This document shows positions 39,701 through 54,700 of a stretch of 64,000 nucleotides of DNA, piece after piece. The translations under genes were made by a program, and so were the position numbers. Source of the stretch: Squalus acanthias (taxonomy: Eukaryota); NCBI GenBank assembly GCA_030390025.1, contig JASTWF010000366.1, positions 124,001-188,000 of the forward strand. Reading direction: 5' to 3'. Every line of letters begins with the position of its first letter. The first letter of the stretch is position 1. The notes beneath the pieces are model-generated. The model was not told where the DNA came from, did not search any database, and saw only the letters and a program-made list of their open reading frames with translations.

Positions 39701-42700
39701 TCTTACTAGTTTAAAGCCTTTGCCGCCTCCCTATTTACCCTTTCCGCTAGGACACAGGTCACATCCCGGTTCAGGTGGAGCCTGTCCCATCGGTACAGCT
39801 CTTTCCTGCCCCATCGGTACAGCTCCTTCCTGTCCCAGAACTGGTGGCAGTGTCCCAGCTTATTCCATCAACAATTCTTATCGCTCACCTTTGTTACTTC
39901 ATCAATTATTTTTTCAAAATCACATTCGCTGCGTGAATAAAACCCTATTGTGCAGCTGGGATCCATTTTACCAAATGACATTTTTTTCGGAGAAGGACAG
40001 TGATATGACTGAAAGTACAAAATAGCAGAATTAGTCCATCAGCAAAAGCTCTGCCAGTTCCACTGATTCACTAACAGATTAGTCTAATACAATTATATGT
40101 AACATCAACATTCTTTCCTTAACATGTATTTTTCTAGGGAAAACTCACTCCAGGTAATAATTACTGTTACAACATCCACTCCACAATTGTCTCACTGTAC
40201 AACACTATGTAAATAAACTTATGTGGGGCAGTGTACAGTGAGTTGGACACTATTGGGGTTTGGGTTCCAGTCCAGCCAGGCTGATGGGATGAAAGCTTCC
40301 TTTCATTCTCATCACTGTAAGGATCCGACATGAAATGAGTCTTAGCCAGTCTCAACCCAGCTGTGTACATCCACAGTATTGAATTGCATGTAATTTAGTA
40401 CCAATCTCATTCAGAAAGGACACAGGATGGCTACAGTGGTAAATGGAATTATCACACTGGTGGAGTAGGCATTCTCTTGTGAAGCCGGAGCTTGTAGAGG
40501 GAGTTTTAATCTGCATGTAACTTGTGCTACACCACACTTGGAAGGGCCTGAAATTGAAATATGTTCCATTCCTCCACCATGAACATCCCTCACCAAGTTT
40601 ACAAAAAATAAAATTAATGGAAAAAAGCAAAAGCTCAAAAACTACTCCAACTTCTACATTACTGACAAGTAATTTTGACTAAGATGGAATTGTGTTTATA
40701 TTAGGAATAAAGTGTACTTTAGCACAAAACTAAATCATTTTAATTCACATCAAAATAAGAAAATAAAGTCAGCATTTTACACCAGATACAAAACTTCACC
40801 TCAAGTGGGAAATCCTTTGTGCTGACATCCACGAATGATTGGCAGTAATGAGGATCCATGTAAATCAAACTGTCATCTTGAAGGACAAAACAGAAGATAA
40901 GAAATTCAAAAACACCTAATGAGACATCTTCTTCCAATCTCATCTCTACAGTATGTATAATAAGTAAAATAATGCCCAACACATTAGCTTGCCAACACAC
41001 TGTTGGTTGTTTGAAGCCTCTTTTCAGACAAGATTACAATCTGAACTGTCAAACTGCGCTGTCCAAGCAAAATTTTACATAGCAAGTTCAATCTTATTTA
41101 ATATTTTGCAAGAATTGCTTTAAAAAAAAAAACAAGAGTCAGTAAAGGAACAGGGTATAGCCGCGTTCTAATCATTTGGCCTCAATGCTCTCTTTGCTAC
41201 GAAGAGAAAGAAAATCAGCTACTATCCAGTGACTCATGGTGAAAAGGTCGCGTGCAGGGATGTCCAGAAAGAACAGGATCTGTCTCAGCTGGCAAATGTA
41301 TAGAGAATGGTGACTCGTACAAGGCATTGGAGGCAGGAGTCAGCATGTTACAAGTTTAGGATCTTGCTTTAGATATTCTCTCAGGTATAGTGATAATAGT
41401 CACTCTCGTAAGTAGTCTCCAAGCGTCTTAGTTTAGTGATGCGGCAGTACTGGTGTCCAACTTAGTAGACAATACTAAAATAGGAGGCACAGTAAATAAT
41501 TCTGAGGACCAAAGGAAGCTCCGAGGATAAGATGGTTGAATGGGCAAAAACAGATGTTTCTATTGATTAGGGGGGGAGGGGGGTGGAGTCTAGAATCAGG
41601 GGACATAGATAAGATTAAATGCAAGAGATTTAGGACAAAGAGCAGGAGAAACTTATTCTTACACAGAAAGAAGCAAGGCTGTGGAATGCAATCAGAGTTA
41701 GTGACTGTCAACATTTAAGAATAGATTAGATAGGTGATTGACGGTAAGGGATATTAGAACAAGATAGGCACATGGGATTAGGACTATTGCTCATGTGGAG
41801 TATAAACACCAACACAGACTGGTTGGGCCAAATGGCCTGTTTGCGTGTTGTAATTTTAATATAATTCAATGTACAATATCTAACTATTCGATGTAATCCA
41901 AGGGTGAAACAACAGCATTCATAGGAACGATCAATCTCCAATTTACACAGTACTCCAGATGTGGTCTAACCAGGGCTTTGTACAGCTGAAGCAAAAATTG
42001 CACTCCTTTATATTCTAGCCCTCTAGTTATAAAGGCTAACATTCCATTAGCCTTTTTGATTATTTTTTGAACCCAACTACATTTATAATGATTTGTATAC
42101 ATGGAGCCCTAAATCTCTTTGGACCGCCAATGTTCCTAGCTTTTCACCATTTAAATAATACTTAGATCGATCATTTTTTGAATGAAATCAGTTTTTGTAG
42201 GGAAATGGTGTTAGGGAAATTGATGGGATTGAAGGCCGATAAATCCCCAGGGCCTGATAATCTACATCCTAGGGTACTTAAGGAAGTGGCCCTAGAAATA
42301 GTAGATGCATTGCTGGTCATCTCCCAAAATTCTATAGACTCTGGAACAGTTCCCATGGATTGGAGGATAGCTAATGTAACCCCACTATTTAAAAAAAGGT
42401 GGAAGAGAGAAAACGGGGAATTATAGACCGGTAAGCCTGACATCGGTAGTGGGGAAAATGCTAGAGTCCATTATAAAAGATGTAATAGCAGAGCACTTGG
42501 AAAACAGTGACAGGATCGGACAAAGTCAACATGGATTTACAAAAGGTAAATCATGCTTGACTAATCTACTGGAATTTTTTGAGGATGTAAGTGGTAGAAT
42601 AGATAAGGGAGAACCAGTGGATGTGGTGTATTTGGACTTTCAGAAGGCTTTCGATAAGGTCCCGCATAAGAGATTGGCGTGCAAAGTTAAAGCACATGGG

Positions 42701-45700
42701 ATTGGGGGTAAGGTACTGACGTGCATAGAGAACTGGTTGGCAGACAGGACGCAAAGAGTTGGAATAAACGGGTCTTTTTCCGAGTGGCAGGCAGTGACTA
42801 GTGGGGTACCGCAGGGATCGGTGCTAGGACCCGTTATTCACAATATATATTAATGATCTAGACGAGGGAACTAGATGTAATATCTCCAAGTTTGCAGACG
42901 ACACAAAGCTGGGTGGGCGTGTGTGTTGTGAGGAGGATGCAGAGAAACTCCAGTATGATTTGGACAAGTTGGGTGATTGGGCAGATGCAGTATAATGTGG
43001 ATAAATGCGAGGTTATCCACTTTGGTGGCAAAAACAGGAAGGCAGATTATTATCTGAACGGCAATAGATTGGGAAAAGGGGAAGTGCAACGAGACCTGGG
43101 AGTCCTTGTGCACCAGTCGTTGAAGGTAAGCATGCAGGTGCAGCAGGCGGTTAAGAAGGCAAATGGTATGTTGGCCTTCATAGCGAGAGGATTCGAGTAC
43201 AGGAGCAAGGATGTCTTGCTGCAGTTGTACAGGACCTTGGTGAGACCACACCTTGAGTATTGTGTGCAGTTTTGGTCGCCTTATCTGAGGAAGGATGTTC
43301 TTGCCATGGAGGGAGTGCAGCGAAGATTCACCAGACTGATACCTGGGATGGCAGGAATGACGTATGAAGAGAGATTGGGACAATTGGGCTTGTATTCGCT
43401 AGAGTTTAGAAGAATGAGAGGGGATCTCACTGAAACTTATAAAATTCTAACAGGACTAGACAGACTAGATGCAGGAAGGATGTTCCCGATGGCGGGGGAG
43501 TCCAGAACCAGAGGTCACAGTCTAAGGATAAGGGGTAAGCCATTTAGGACTGAGATGAGGAGGAATTTCTTCACCCAGAGAGTGGTGAACCTGTGGAATT
43601 CTCTACCACAGAAGGCAGTTGAGGCCAATTCATTAAATATATTCAAGAAGGAGTTAGATATATTTCTTAAGGCTAAAGGGATCAAGGGATATTGGGAGAA
43701 AGCAGGGACAGGGTACTGAATTTGGATGATCAGCCATGATCTCATTAAATGGCGGAGCAGGCTCGAGGGGCCGAATGGCCTACTCCTGCTCCTATCTTCT
43801 ATGTTTCTAAAATGGATGACCTCACACTTGCCTGCATTGAAATCCATCTGCCATAGTTCTGCCCAATCACTTAATCAATCAGTGTCTCTTTGTAATTTTA
43901 TGCTCCCATCTACACTACTTACTATACCACCAATCTTTGTGTCATTGGCAAACTTGGACATACGGCTCTCTATTGTGTTATCAAAGTCATTAATATAGTG
44001 AAAAGTTGAGGCCCCAGCACAGATCCTTGTGGGACACTTCCTCCAATTTGAGTACATGCCAATTATCCCTACTCTCTGTCTTCTACCATCTAACCAATCT
44101 CCTAACCAGGTCAATAATTTGCCTTCAAATCCATGAGCTTTAATTTTAGCTAACAGTCTCTTATGTGGAACCTTATCGAATGCCTTCTGGGAGTCCATAT
44201 AAACTACATCCATAGACATTCCCCGGTCTATTACTTTAGTTACTTCCTCAAGGAAGTTCTTCCTTTGTAACTTGAGCTGGATATTCATGTCTTTTAAATT
44301 ACGATCTTGTTTAATATATGATGGATCCTATTACAACAATACTTAAATATCAAATATAATGGTGGACAAGGCTGCATTTTTGCCCTTCTCAGACAGCCCT
44401 GAAAAGGTGGTGATGGGCCTTCTCTTTGAACCATTGAAGTCCTTGTGCTGAAGGTGTTAAGTAAGAAATTCCATGATATTGGCCCGGATTTTGCTGTGGC
44501 AATGATGGCGAAACTGTGAGCATTTGGCATCATTACCCCTCTAAAACTGACTGCAACTTCAGGATTTAGCACATGCATAGATAAACATAGAAATCCTGAA
44601 GTTGCAGTCAGTCATTCACTGCTCCACCACAAGTTGCACTGGGGAACTCCCCATGCCAGCAATGAGATGAAATCACATACAAGGATGAAAACTTCCCCTT
44701 TTACGATGGAATATCGCTGTTAAAAACCCCCTAAAATTTTAAGCCTTCTTGAAAGAGGTGTAACTGGGCTTTTAAATTGCGTACTGACTGCTGAACAACC
44801 GTCCTGGCACTGAAAAACTAATTTTATATTTGTGGAATATCAAATGTTTCCATTATTATTAAGATTTACAAGTTTTTAACATAATATATATATTTTTTAA
44901 AGTTTGTTATTTCAGCTTCTACCTTAATCATAAGTGTATGTCCTAATCCTAATTTCACACTATAAAATTTATAAAAAAGTAAATTAGAATCTGTGCATTT
45001 TACTTCCTTGTTTGCTGTCTGAGAATTCTTCAATGGGTTTGGCTGCTCAGTCAGTTTGATGGCATCACTGTTGCTGGCGCTTAGGATTTGCTTGATTTGG
45101 CGCCAAATTCAAACAAAGGTCGGGAGAGCTGAAATTCACACCAGAGATCACTAGATCTTTATGGGCAGCTTTCTTAGAGGTCAGTGGGGAGCGCCGTCGC
45201 TTCGCCACTGACCGCAAATTCCGGGCCAATGACCCAGCAACAATGAAGGAACTGCTATATCTGTACAAGTCAGGATACTATGTGACTTGGAGCATAACCT
45301 GGAGAGGATGGTGTTCATATGATATTCCTGTTCACGTCCTTCTTGGTGGTACAGGTTGCACGACTGGGAGGTACTTTTGGAATTCACAAACTGATCCACC
45401 CTTGTACACTTCTGATTGAGCCAGGTTTGGTCTCCCGGTGTGATGATGGAAAAGGGATGTGTCGGGCCACGAGGTTACAGATTGTGGTACAATACAATTC
45501 TGCTGCTGCTCATTGACCACCGTACCCCATAGATGTCCAGTTTTGGACTGCTAAATGTGTCCTTAGACTGCACCACTTAGCACAGCAGTAGTGTCACACT
45601 ACAGAATGGTGAATGTCATGTGAAGATTAGACTTTTGTCTTCACAAGGACTGTGTAGTGGTCATCCTTCCAATGCTATTGTGGACAGATTGGTTAGGATG

Positions 45701-48700
45701 AGGTGAAGTACCACCACCTGATGCAGTCCCAGTCTGACAGATATGACCTTCAGGTACAACATGCAGGGGTACTGATTCGTCAGTTGAGTTGGGGTGTGGG
45801 GGGTAAAGAGGGCTATAGGCGTTAATCATCAGATGTGTTTAATGGCTATGTTTGACCAGAATCAATGTTGAGGGCTCTCAGGAATAAGTCTATCCAACTG
45901 TATACCACTGTGCCCCCACCTCTGGTGGATCTATCCTGCTTGATGAAACAGGACATACCAAGGGATGGTGATGGCAGAGTTTGGAATGTCGGCTGATAGA
46001 TACGACTATGACTGTCAGCCAATTTCCTGACTAGACAGCTCTCCCAACATGGACACCATATGTTAGTGAAGTGGACTTTACAGGGTTGACTGGGCTGGGA
46101 TTACATAGAAACATAGAAGATAGGAGCAGGAGTAGGCCATTCGGCCCCTCGAGCCTGCTCCGCCATTCGATGAGATCATGGCTGATCATCCAAACTCAGT
46201 ACCCTGTCCCTGCCTTCTCCCCATATCCCTTGATACCTTTAGCTTTAAGAAATATATCTAACTCATTCTTGAATATATTTAATGACTTGGCCTCAACTAC
46301 CTTCTGTGGTAGAGAATTCCACAGGTTCACCACTCTCTGGGTGAAGAAATTCCTCCTCATTTCTGTCCTAAATGGCTATACTTAGATTATGACCCCTGGT
46401 TCTGGACTCTCCGACCATCGGGAACACTCTTCCTGCATCTAGTTTGTCCAGACCTGCTGGAGTCTTGTCCTGATCTGATGTCTACATCACTGCCAATAGG
46501 TGCGTTCACTATTTCCCTTGCGATTGTGTTCTAAAGTGATTGTTTAAGACTGAGTGTCTTGCTCAGCCACTTCAGAGGGCATCAAGAATCAACCACATAT
46601 TCTGAGACTGGAGTCAGATATAGGTAAGACTGGGTCAGGTCAGCAGGTTCCCTTCCCTGAAAGACATTAGTGAACCAGTTGGAATTTTACAATCCGCAGC
46701 TTTGATGGCCATTTTTCCTGGTGCAAGCCCACAAATTACCACATTTATTGAATTCAATTTCACAATATGCCATGGTGGGTTTGAACTCACAACCTCTGGG
46801 TTGCTAGTCCAGTATCGTAACGGCTTCACTTTCTCTTTCAGATTCCTGGCAGGAAATCTATATCACCCTAAGCCTTAAATTTTCAGCTCATGCATTGTAA
46901 CACTGAATCAAGCACGAATATTACAGTAATAGAGCTTCTTAAATGCCAAAAGTTTTTTTTTATTACTGTAGCTTTTTTTCTGCAATTTTCTGTCATCCTC
47001 TGCTGAAGTCCTGGATTCCTTGCTGGGAATTCCAGAGATGCTGGTACCCTCTGGTGTCTCACCTAAATAGGTATTATTCATGTGTAAGCCCCGACAATGA
47101 GTGTCAGCAGGCTATTTGACTACAGGGAAAACACAGGCAAGCTCCATCCTCCCCTCAGGCAATGTCTTGATTATTCCTATTTCCAGCACGGATATGCTTT
47201 GTGATCAGTGGCCTGGATGATTTTCTCCTCCTTAACCCAGGAGCACTTAGGCCAATTTTAGCATCCCTGCTCTAACTAAGAGATCAGACCAGGAATCTTC
47301 CTGGTCTGTACAGCCCAGTTACTGACTGGATAAACTTGTTAAGCCATTGGGGGAGCCATTAGAGCAGGAGTGCCCAAGGTATTTATCCTTGTTTAAAAGG
47401 ATAAAGTTTAAATCTATGTTCCCATTAATCTGCGCCTATCTCAAGCTGCTGTTACTAGCAGATCTTAGTGTTCTGATTTAGCTTTACACATTAATGAGGC
47501 TACAGCACTCGGAGCAACTCTTTCCAAACCCACAAAGTTCAAAAAGGACGAACCAGGGAATAAGAAATATAAAGACAAATACAAGTGAGTTGCTTGAGAT
47601 TCATGGGTCACATGTGGCTGTAGTTTGGAATAGTAATGCTAAACTGTACTAAAATTAACTCTAAAAAGATTTAAGATTTTAAAAATGTATCTCTTCTTCT
47701 TAGGCAGTCCCTCGGAACTGAGGATGACTTGCTTCACACTATAAATGAGTTCTCAGGTGACTGATGAGTCCAATGCGGGACCTACAGTCTCCTTCACAGG
47801 TGGGGCAGACGGTGGTTGAAGGGGCGGGTGGGTTGGGTGCTTGGGTTGACGTGCACTCCTTCCGCTGTTTGTGCTTGGCTTGCGCTTGCTCCCGGCGAAG
47901 AGACTCGAGGTGTTCAGCACCTTCCCGGATGCTTCTCCTCCACTTTGAGCGGTCTTGGGCCAGGGATTCCCAGGTGTCGGTTGGGATGTTGCACTTTTTC
48001 AAGGAGGCTTTGAGGGTGTCTTTGAAGCTTTTCTTCTGCCCACCTTGGGCTCTCTTGCCGTGTCGGAGCTCCGTAGAGCGCTTGTTTTGGGAGTCTCGTA
48101 TCGCGCATGCAAAGGAGGACACAAATAACCTCCCAGAGATGTTGGGGAACATAGGGTCTGATGAAAGGGAGGAACTGAAAGAAATCAGTATTTGTAGATA
48201 AATGGTGTTAGAGAAATTGAAGGCCGATAAATCCCCAGGGCCTGATAATCTACATCCTAGGGTACTTAAGGAAGTGGCCCGAGAAATAGTAGATGCATTG
48301 CTGATCATCTTCCAACATTCGATGGAATCTGGAACAGTACCCATGGATTGGAGGGTAGTTAATGTTACCCCACTATTCAAAAAGGGTGGTAGAGAGAAAA
48401 CGGGGAATTACAGACCGGTAAGTCTGACATCGGTAGTGTGGAAAATGCTAGAGTCCATTATAAAAGATGTAATAGCTGAGCACTTGGAAAACAGTGACAG
48501 GATCGGACAAAGTCAACATGGATTTACAAAAGGTAAATCATGCTTGACTAATCTACTGGAATTTTTTGAGGATGTAACTGGTAAAATAGATAAGGGAGAA
48601 CTAGTGGATGTGGTGTATTTGGACTTCTAAAAGGCTTTTGATAAGGTCCCGCATAAGAGATTAGCGTGTAAAGTTAAGGCACATGGGATTGGGGGCAAGG

Positions 48701-51700
48701 TATTGACTTGGATAGAGAACTGGTTGGCAGACAGAAAGCAAAGAGTTGGAATAAACGGGTCTTTTTCCGAGTGGCAGGCAGTGACTAGTGGGGTACCGCA
48801 GGATCGGTCCTTGGACCCCAGCTATTCACAATATATATTAATGATCTAGACAAGGGAACTAGATGTAATATCTCCAAGTTTGCAGACGACACAAAACTGG
48901 GTGGGCGTGTGTGCTGCGAGGAGGATGCCGAGAAACTCCAGGATGATTTGGACAGGTTGGGTGATTGGGCAGAAGCGTGGCAGATGCAATATAACGTGGA
49001 TAAATGCGAGGTTATCCACTTTGGTGTCAAAAACAGAAAGGCAGATTATTATCTGAATGGCAATAGATTAGGAAAAGGGGAAGTGCAACGAGACCTGGGT
49101 GTCCTTGTGCACCAGTCGCTGAAGGTAAGCATGCAGGTGCAGCAGGCGGTTAAGAAGGCAAATGGTATGTTGGCCTTCATAGCGAGAGAGTTTGAGTACA
49201 GGAACAAGGATGTCTTGCTGCAGTTGTACAGGGCCTTGGTGAGACCACACCTTGAGTACTGTGTGCAGTTTTGGTCGTCTTATCTGAGGAAGGATGTTCT
49301 TGCCATGGAAGGAGTTCAGCGACGATTCACAAGGCTGATACCTGGGATGGCAGGAGTGACGTATGAAGAGAGATTGGGTCGATTGGGCTTATACTCGCTG
49401 GAGTTTAGAAGAATGAGAGGGGATCTCATTCAAACTTATAAAATTCTGACAGGACAGGACAAACTAGATGCAGGAAGGATGTTCCCGATGGTCAGGGAGT
49501 CCAGAACCAGGAGTCACAGTCTAAGGATAAGGGGTAAGCCATTTAGGACAGAAATGAGGAGGAATTTCTTCACCCAGAGAGTGGTGAACCTGTGGAATTC
49601 TCTGCCACAGAAGGCAGTAGAGGCCAGTTCATTAAATAGATTCAAGAAGGAGTTGGATATATTTCTTAAGGCTGAAGGGATCAAGTGATATGAGGAGAAA
49701 GCAGGGACAGGGTACTGAATTTGGATGATCAGCCATGATCGCATTGAATGGCAGAGCAGGCTAGAAGGGCCGAATGGCCTACCCCTGCTCCTATCTTCTA
49801 TGATTCTATGCGGCCCGTCCATCGGAGCTGATCGAGCGTGGTCAAAGCTTCGATGCTGGGGATGTTGGCCTGAGCGAGAACACTGGCGTTGGTGCACCTA
49901 TTATCCTGCCAATGGATTTGCAGGATCTTGCGGAGGCAGCGTTGGTGGTACCTCTCCAGTGCTACCTCTCCAGTGCTTTGAGGTGCCTGCTGTACATGGT
50001 CCATGTCTCTGAAGCATACAGGAGGGCGGGAATCACTACTGCTCTGTAGACCATGAGCTTGGTGCCAGGTTTGAGGTCCTGATCTTCAAACACTCTCTTC
50101 CTCAGGCGACCGAAGGCTGCACTGGCACACTGAAGGCAGTGTTGGACTTCGTTGGTTGGTAGAGGACCTTTGCCTTATGGATGTTTAGTGTAAGGCCCAT
50201 GCTCTCGTACGCGTCGGTGAAGGTGGTGGCAGTTCGACCTCTGAGTGTGCGTCCTAAAAATGTATACCCTTTACCTATATGCACCCCCTCAAACTTTTTT
50301 CCTACTATTTTCACTTTTCCAGTTGTTAAAAAAACCCTGAATTTTGCTTTGTTCCTGACTAAATGTTAATCTTTTTATCTTTTTAATCATTTAAAATAAT
50401 TTATTTTTTCCTTTTCTGCCTCCATGTTCCCACCATACATTTTGGAGGTGCGATCAACTTGGAAAAATATTGCCAATTGATTCAAAAGTCAGTTTTCAAA
50501 TAATTAATGGCAACAATTTCAGGATTAACATGGTTGTGGACAGGATCAATCAATATTTAACATATTTCTCAATCTTAAAACAGGAAGAGACTGCTAATGG
50601 ACAAGTATACTCGTCAGTGGGCTCAAAGGAAGAGCATGCCGATGAATAAACTCATTTACAGCCTATTAGGAATTAAGATTGGTCTTTTTTCAGTTGCATT
50701 TCATCTGTAAGTGTTATTTTTTCTGCAGTCTTGATACTTTATGATTTTGTTTGTTAAACTTAACTCTATATTGTAAACTTCTTAGAGGTACTGTGCATCT
50801 TTATTGAAGAGCATTTGGCTAAATCTTTGTGTTTAAAAATATAATACAATAATAATGCAATTCACATCAAAACATATTACAAAAAGTTGTCATTTTTGCA
50901 TATCACAACGTCAGTAATTACATTTGGACATTCTACCTCTTCATCCTTCGAGACAAAAGCTAGCACCTCTTCAGCTCACAGTACTGAAACAAAATCAAAC
51001 TAATGAGGTTATTTTTGCTATTTTGCTGTGTTAAGAGGTAAATATTCTCAATGTTGTCACTATGTTTATTTAGTGTATTAGTACCCATACACTGTTGGAA
51101 ATATAGAACATAAGCAAATACACTTTATTGTTAAAATGATATAATTTTTGTACAATAATCTCATCTAAAGAGATTCCCACTAGCAACAATATCCTAATGT
51201 TAAACAGTTCAAAATACTGTCTTGACACAACCAAAGATTAGAAGGGCAAAATCTATAATTACTGTACATTGCTGAGTATCTAGAGAAAAAAGTCCACATT
51301 AAATTAAAACGCACAAACCTTGAAATCCCACAAAGTAGAAAGACTGTTTTGGCTTCCCACCAATAATTCCAACGCAGAACTCAAGACTCAAGATCCCCTA
51401 TTCAAAAACAAAAGTGGAAGTGTGTGAGGATAGGTTCTGCTTTTTCCAAATCATGCCAAATATACCAAACACAGCTGCTCTAAATCAGCTCCTCCCCACC
51501 CAATATGTGGCACCATCTAACAGGAATAAAGTTACTTTTCAGCTGATGAGGTAGAACACAGATATCGGGGGTAATTTTGACTCTGTAATAGTGTAAAACG
51601 GGCGATACCGAATCGGCAGCCTCTTTCACATCTCTCCCCATTTTTATTTCCATTGCACCATCGCACAGTCAAAATTACCCCCATCACTTTTGAAGACTAT

Positions 51701-54700
51701 CTTAGTCACTGGAAGCAGCCAACAGGCCAGACTCTTCCCCACAGGAAGGAAATCATCATCAGCAGAGTTCCAGGTTTCATCCTAGCTCTGTGCTGAGCTA
51801 GCCAATCTCAATTGAGGTTGTACTTGAACGCAATACTCCTCAGTGTCCTGCTACTGCTTCTGATTGCTGCTGGAAAAAGTGATTCCTGCTGTAAAGTGTG
51901 GGCTGCTCTCATGCAATTCCAACCAGTGGTTCTGATGGAGATCTGGGAATAGGTCAAATGTCCATCCCTTCACCCACTGTTGGTGCATTGCCTGAGACAA
52001 CAATAGGTTGCAAAGAAATTAGGACGTAGTAAAACAAGTTTCCTCCTCCCAATTTTCTCTCCGACTCTCCTGAAGATGCTGACTTATACTTAAGTATAGT
52101 TCCATGAGCACTGGATGTCATCCAATATCAACCCAAACAGATAATTGTTATGTCTGTTCCTGGTCAGTTGGCAGGTTATATAGAAGGCACCAAGCCTGAT
52201 TCTACCCTCACTCGATGTCTACACACATGCACTTTCCAGCAAGGGCGACTGGATAGTGATCAGGAGCAGGAGCCCTGGCTAACTATTCCCCTCTCAACAG
52301 GGACCAACAGCACCACTCTGACAGTTATTAGCTAATTTAGGAACCTGGGAATAACAACAGAAAACGCTGGAAAAACTGATGAAAGGTCATCGACCTGAAA
52401 CGTTAACTCTCTTTCTCTCTCCACGGATGCTGCCTGGCCTGCTGAGTTTTTCCAGCGTTTTCTGTTGTTATTTCGGATTTCCAGCATCCGCAGTATTTTG
52501 CTATCGTATTAGGAACCTGGGACTCTGCTGATCTGTATCGCTCATTAACATATTGGGAAGTTCAGTTACCCATTGAGTCATCAGGGAGCTTCAGTTTTTT
52601 TAAAATAGCATTGCGTTTTTATACTTTAAGTGGTTTATAAATACTCCAACTGAAAATCTTTACTGGTCACAAGAACACAAATGTTTATCGGCTGTTAGCC
52701 GTGACTTTCATTTATAGACAAGTCATTGCAATGAACATAAAAACAGTGTACTTTTTAAAATGACCAAGCAGCCTTGACCCTGGAAATATTCAAGGTATTT
52801 ATTACCTGCCCAGCTAAGCATGCTTAGTTAGCACACTTTTCATATGTTAAGTGATGTGCAATAAAAGCTTACCATGTGGATAAATTCAAGGCCATAGGAA
52901 TGGGTAATTTATTGTGTGGTTCTGGAGGCTTTTAACACAGCCACAAGAAAACACTCCATTATAGGACCATTCAATGATGCTTTAATGGTTTAGAAAATGC
53001 TGCAACTAATTTCAGTGAAAATACAAAATAAGCATATACTCATTCCTCAGATGGCTCAGCTCGGTAAATAAGTAGCTGGGCCAAACTGAAGAAGGTCGAA
53101 GGTTCAATCCCCAGTCTGTGCTGAGTTGGTTAAACTCAGCTGGAATGACAGGGGGTGCATTATAAATTGCCTCAGAGTGAGGGAGGTGAGGAGTTTCCCC
53201 TTCTCAATTCTATCCAAGAATCTCTTTTGGAAATGTGTGCGCATCAACACTGATTAAGGACAGAATTGGTTGTGATTCACCTTGCAGTCAAACTGCAGGC
53301 ACACATAAATAACAGCCCTTTGGCCAAGGTGCTGGAGTCACCTTGTACTATGGAACTGCAGCCCAGCAAGGAGTCAATAGCCTAGAAATAGGTAATGGCC
53401 TGTTTTCACCCTAATGGGGCACAGACAGCACGCGTCCCAACCGGGAGGTCCGAGGCCAGCCAGAACGCGAGCTTCGTGCCTTGTTTACATTATTTGGACA
53501 GACTGGCAACTCGCCCATTTAACATTGTTGTATCTCAGGCTGCTCGCCTCACCACCGGCAGGCCTAAGGCAAGTCCTGGGGGAGAAGGAATGGAACTGCA
53601 ACGGGGCGGGGGGTGAGCTGAAAAAAAAAGTCACTGCCTGAAAAGTGACTTTAAATGACTGGCTTTGCAACTAGTGAAAAACCTACATTCTGTAGATTAA
53701 CAGGTCAACCTTTGATGTGAAAATTAAAATCAAAACCATAAAGTGCTTTCTGGCGATAAGTAAATTCAGCAGCAGCCCCTGCAATAGCTGGATAATTAAA
53801 CTGGCCTGCAGAGCAAGTATTTATTCAAGTGAGAGATTATAACCTTTTCGACAATCCCTTGGTCTGGATCAGTTGCTTCCGTAACATGACATGATACTAT
53901 GTTGTACGATAACTAGCCTTTCAACTAACTGAGTCCAATTAGTGCAAAAACTGGAGGTTGAGATGGTATGCTTAGATTTATTGGGCTTCCAACTCCTTGA
54001 CTCCCACCAATCTGTATACCTCTAAACAGCAATATTCCAGTGGTCTAGTAGTTATCAAACAAAGGGAAAGTCCATTTGGACTCTTTACCCAGATGAACTT
54101 TCAATTACCCATTACCCACGTTCTTGGCTCAGTACCTGTCTGGAGTGGACGATCTAGAGGCTGACGCAGAGTACCCTTAGCAAAGATTGCACAATAGGTC
54201 TAGAAACATAGAAACATAGCATCTAGGAGCAGGAGTAGGCCATTCGGCCCGTCGAGCCTGCTCCACCATTCAATACGATCATGGCTGATCATCCAAATCC
54301 AGTACCCTGTCCCTGCTTTAATCCCCACAGTACACATATCCCACCCTATCCCCACATATTTAATTCCCCCTAACATATCCCATCCTATCCCCATAACCCC
54401 ACATATTTAATCCCCCCTAACACTAAGGGTCAATTTGTCATAGCCAAATCAACCTAACCCGCACATCTTTGGACTGTGGGAGGAAACCGGAGCACCCGGA
54501 GGAAACCCACGCAGACACGGGGAGAATGTGCAAACTCCACACAGACAGTCACCCGAGGTCAGATTCGAACCCGGGTCCCTGGCGCTGTGAGGCACCAGTG
54601 CTAACCACTATGCCACCGTGTCGCCTAGCTGAAATCTGTATCATGAGTTTGATGGAAAACAAGTTATTCATTAAGAATACTGTGCAAAATTCTGAAGATG

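Larger units (their letters stand above)
44357..46830 (-). mobile_element. Older, internally deleted copy of the 23141-26636 LINE family
   Basis: Reverse complement resembles 3' end, APE region and 5' head of that element; interrupted by a MITE and a CR1 3' fragment. Confidence 0.7.

Noticed and set aside
53390..53620. GC-rich MITE-like fragment
   Set aside because: Only one plausible end; no matching TIR or TSD found.
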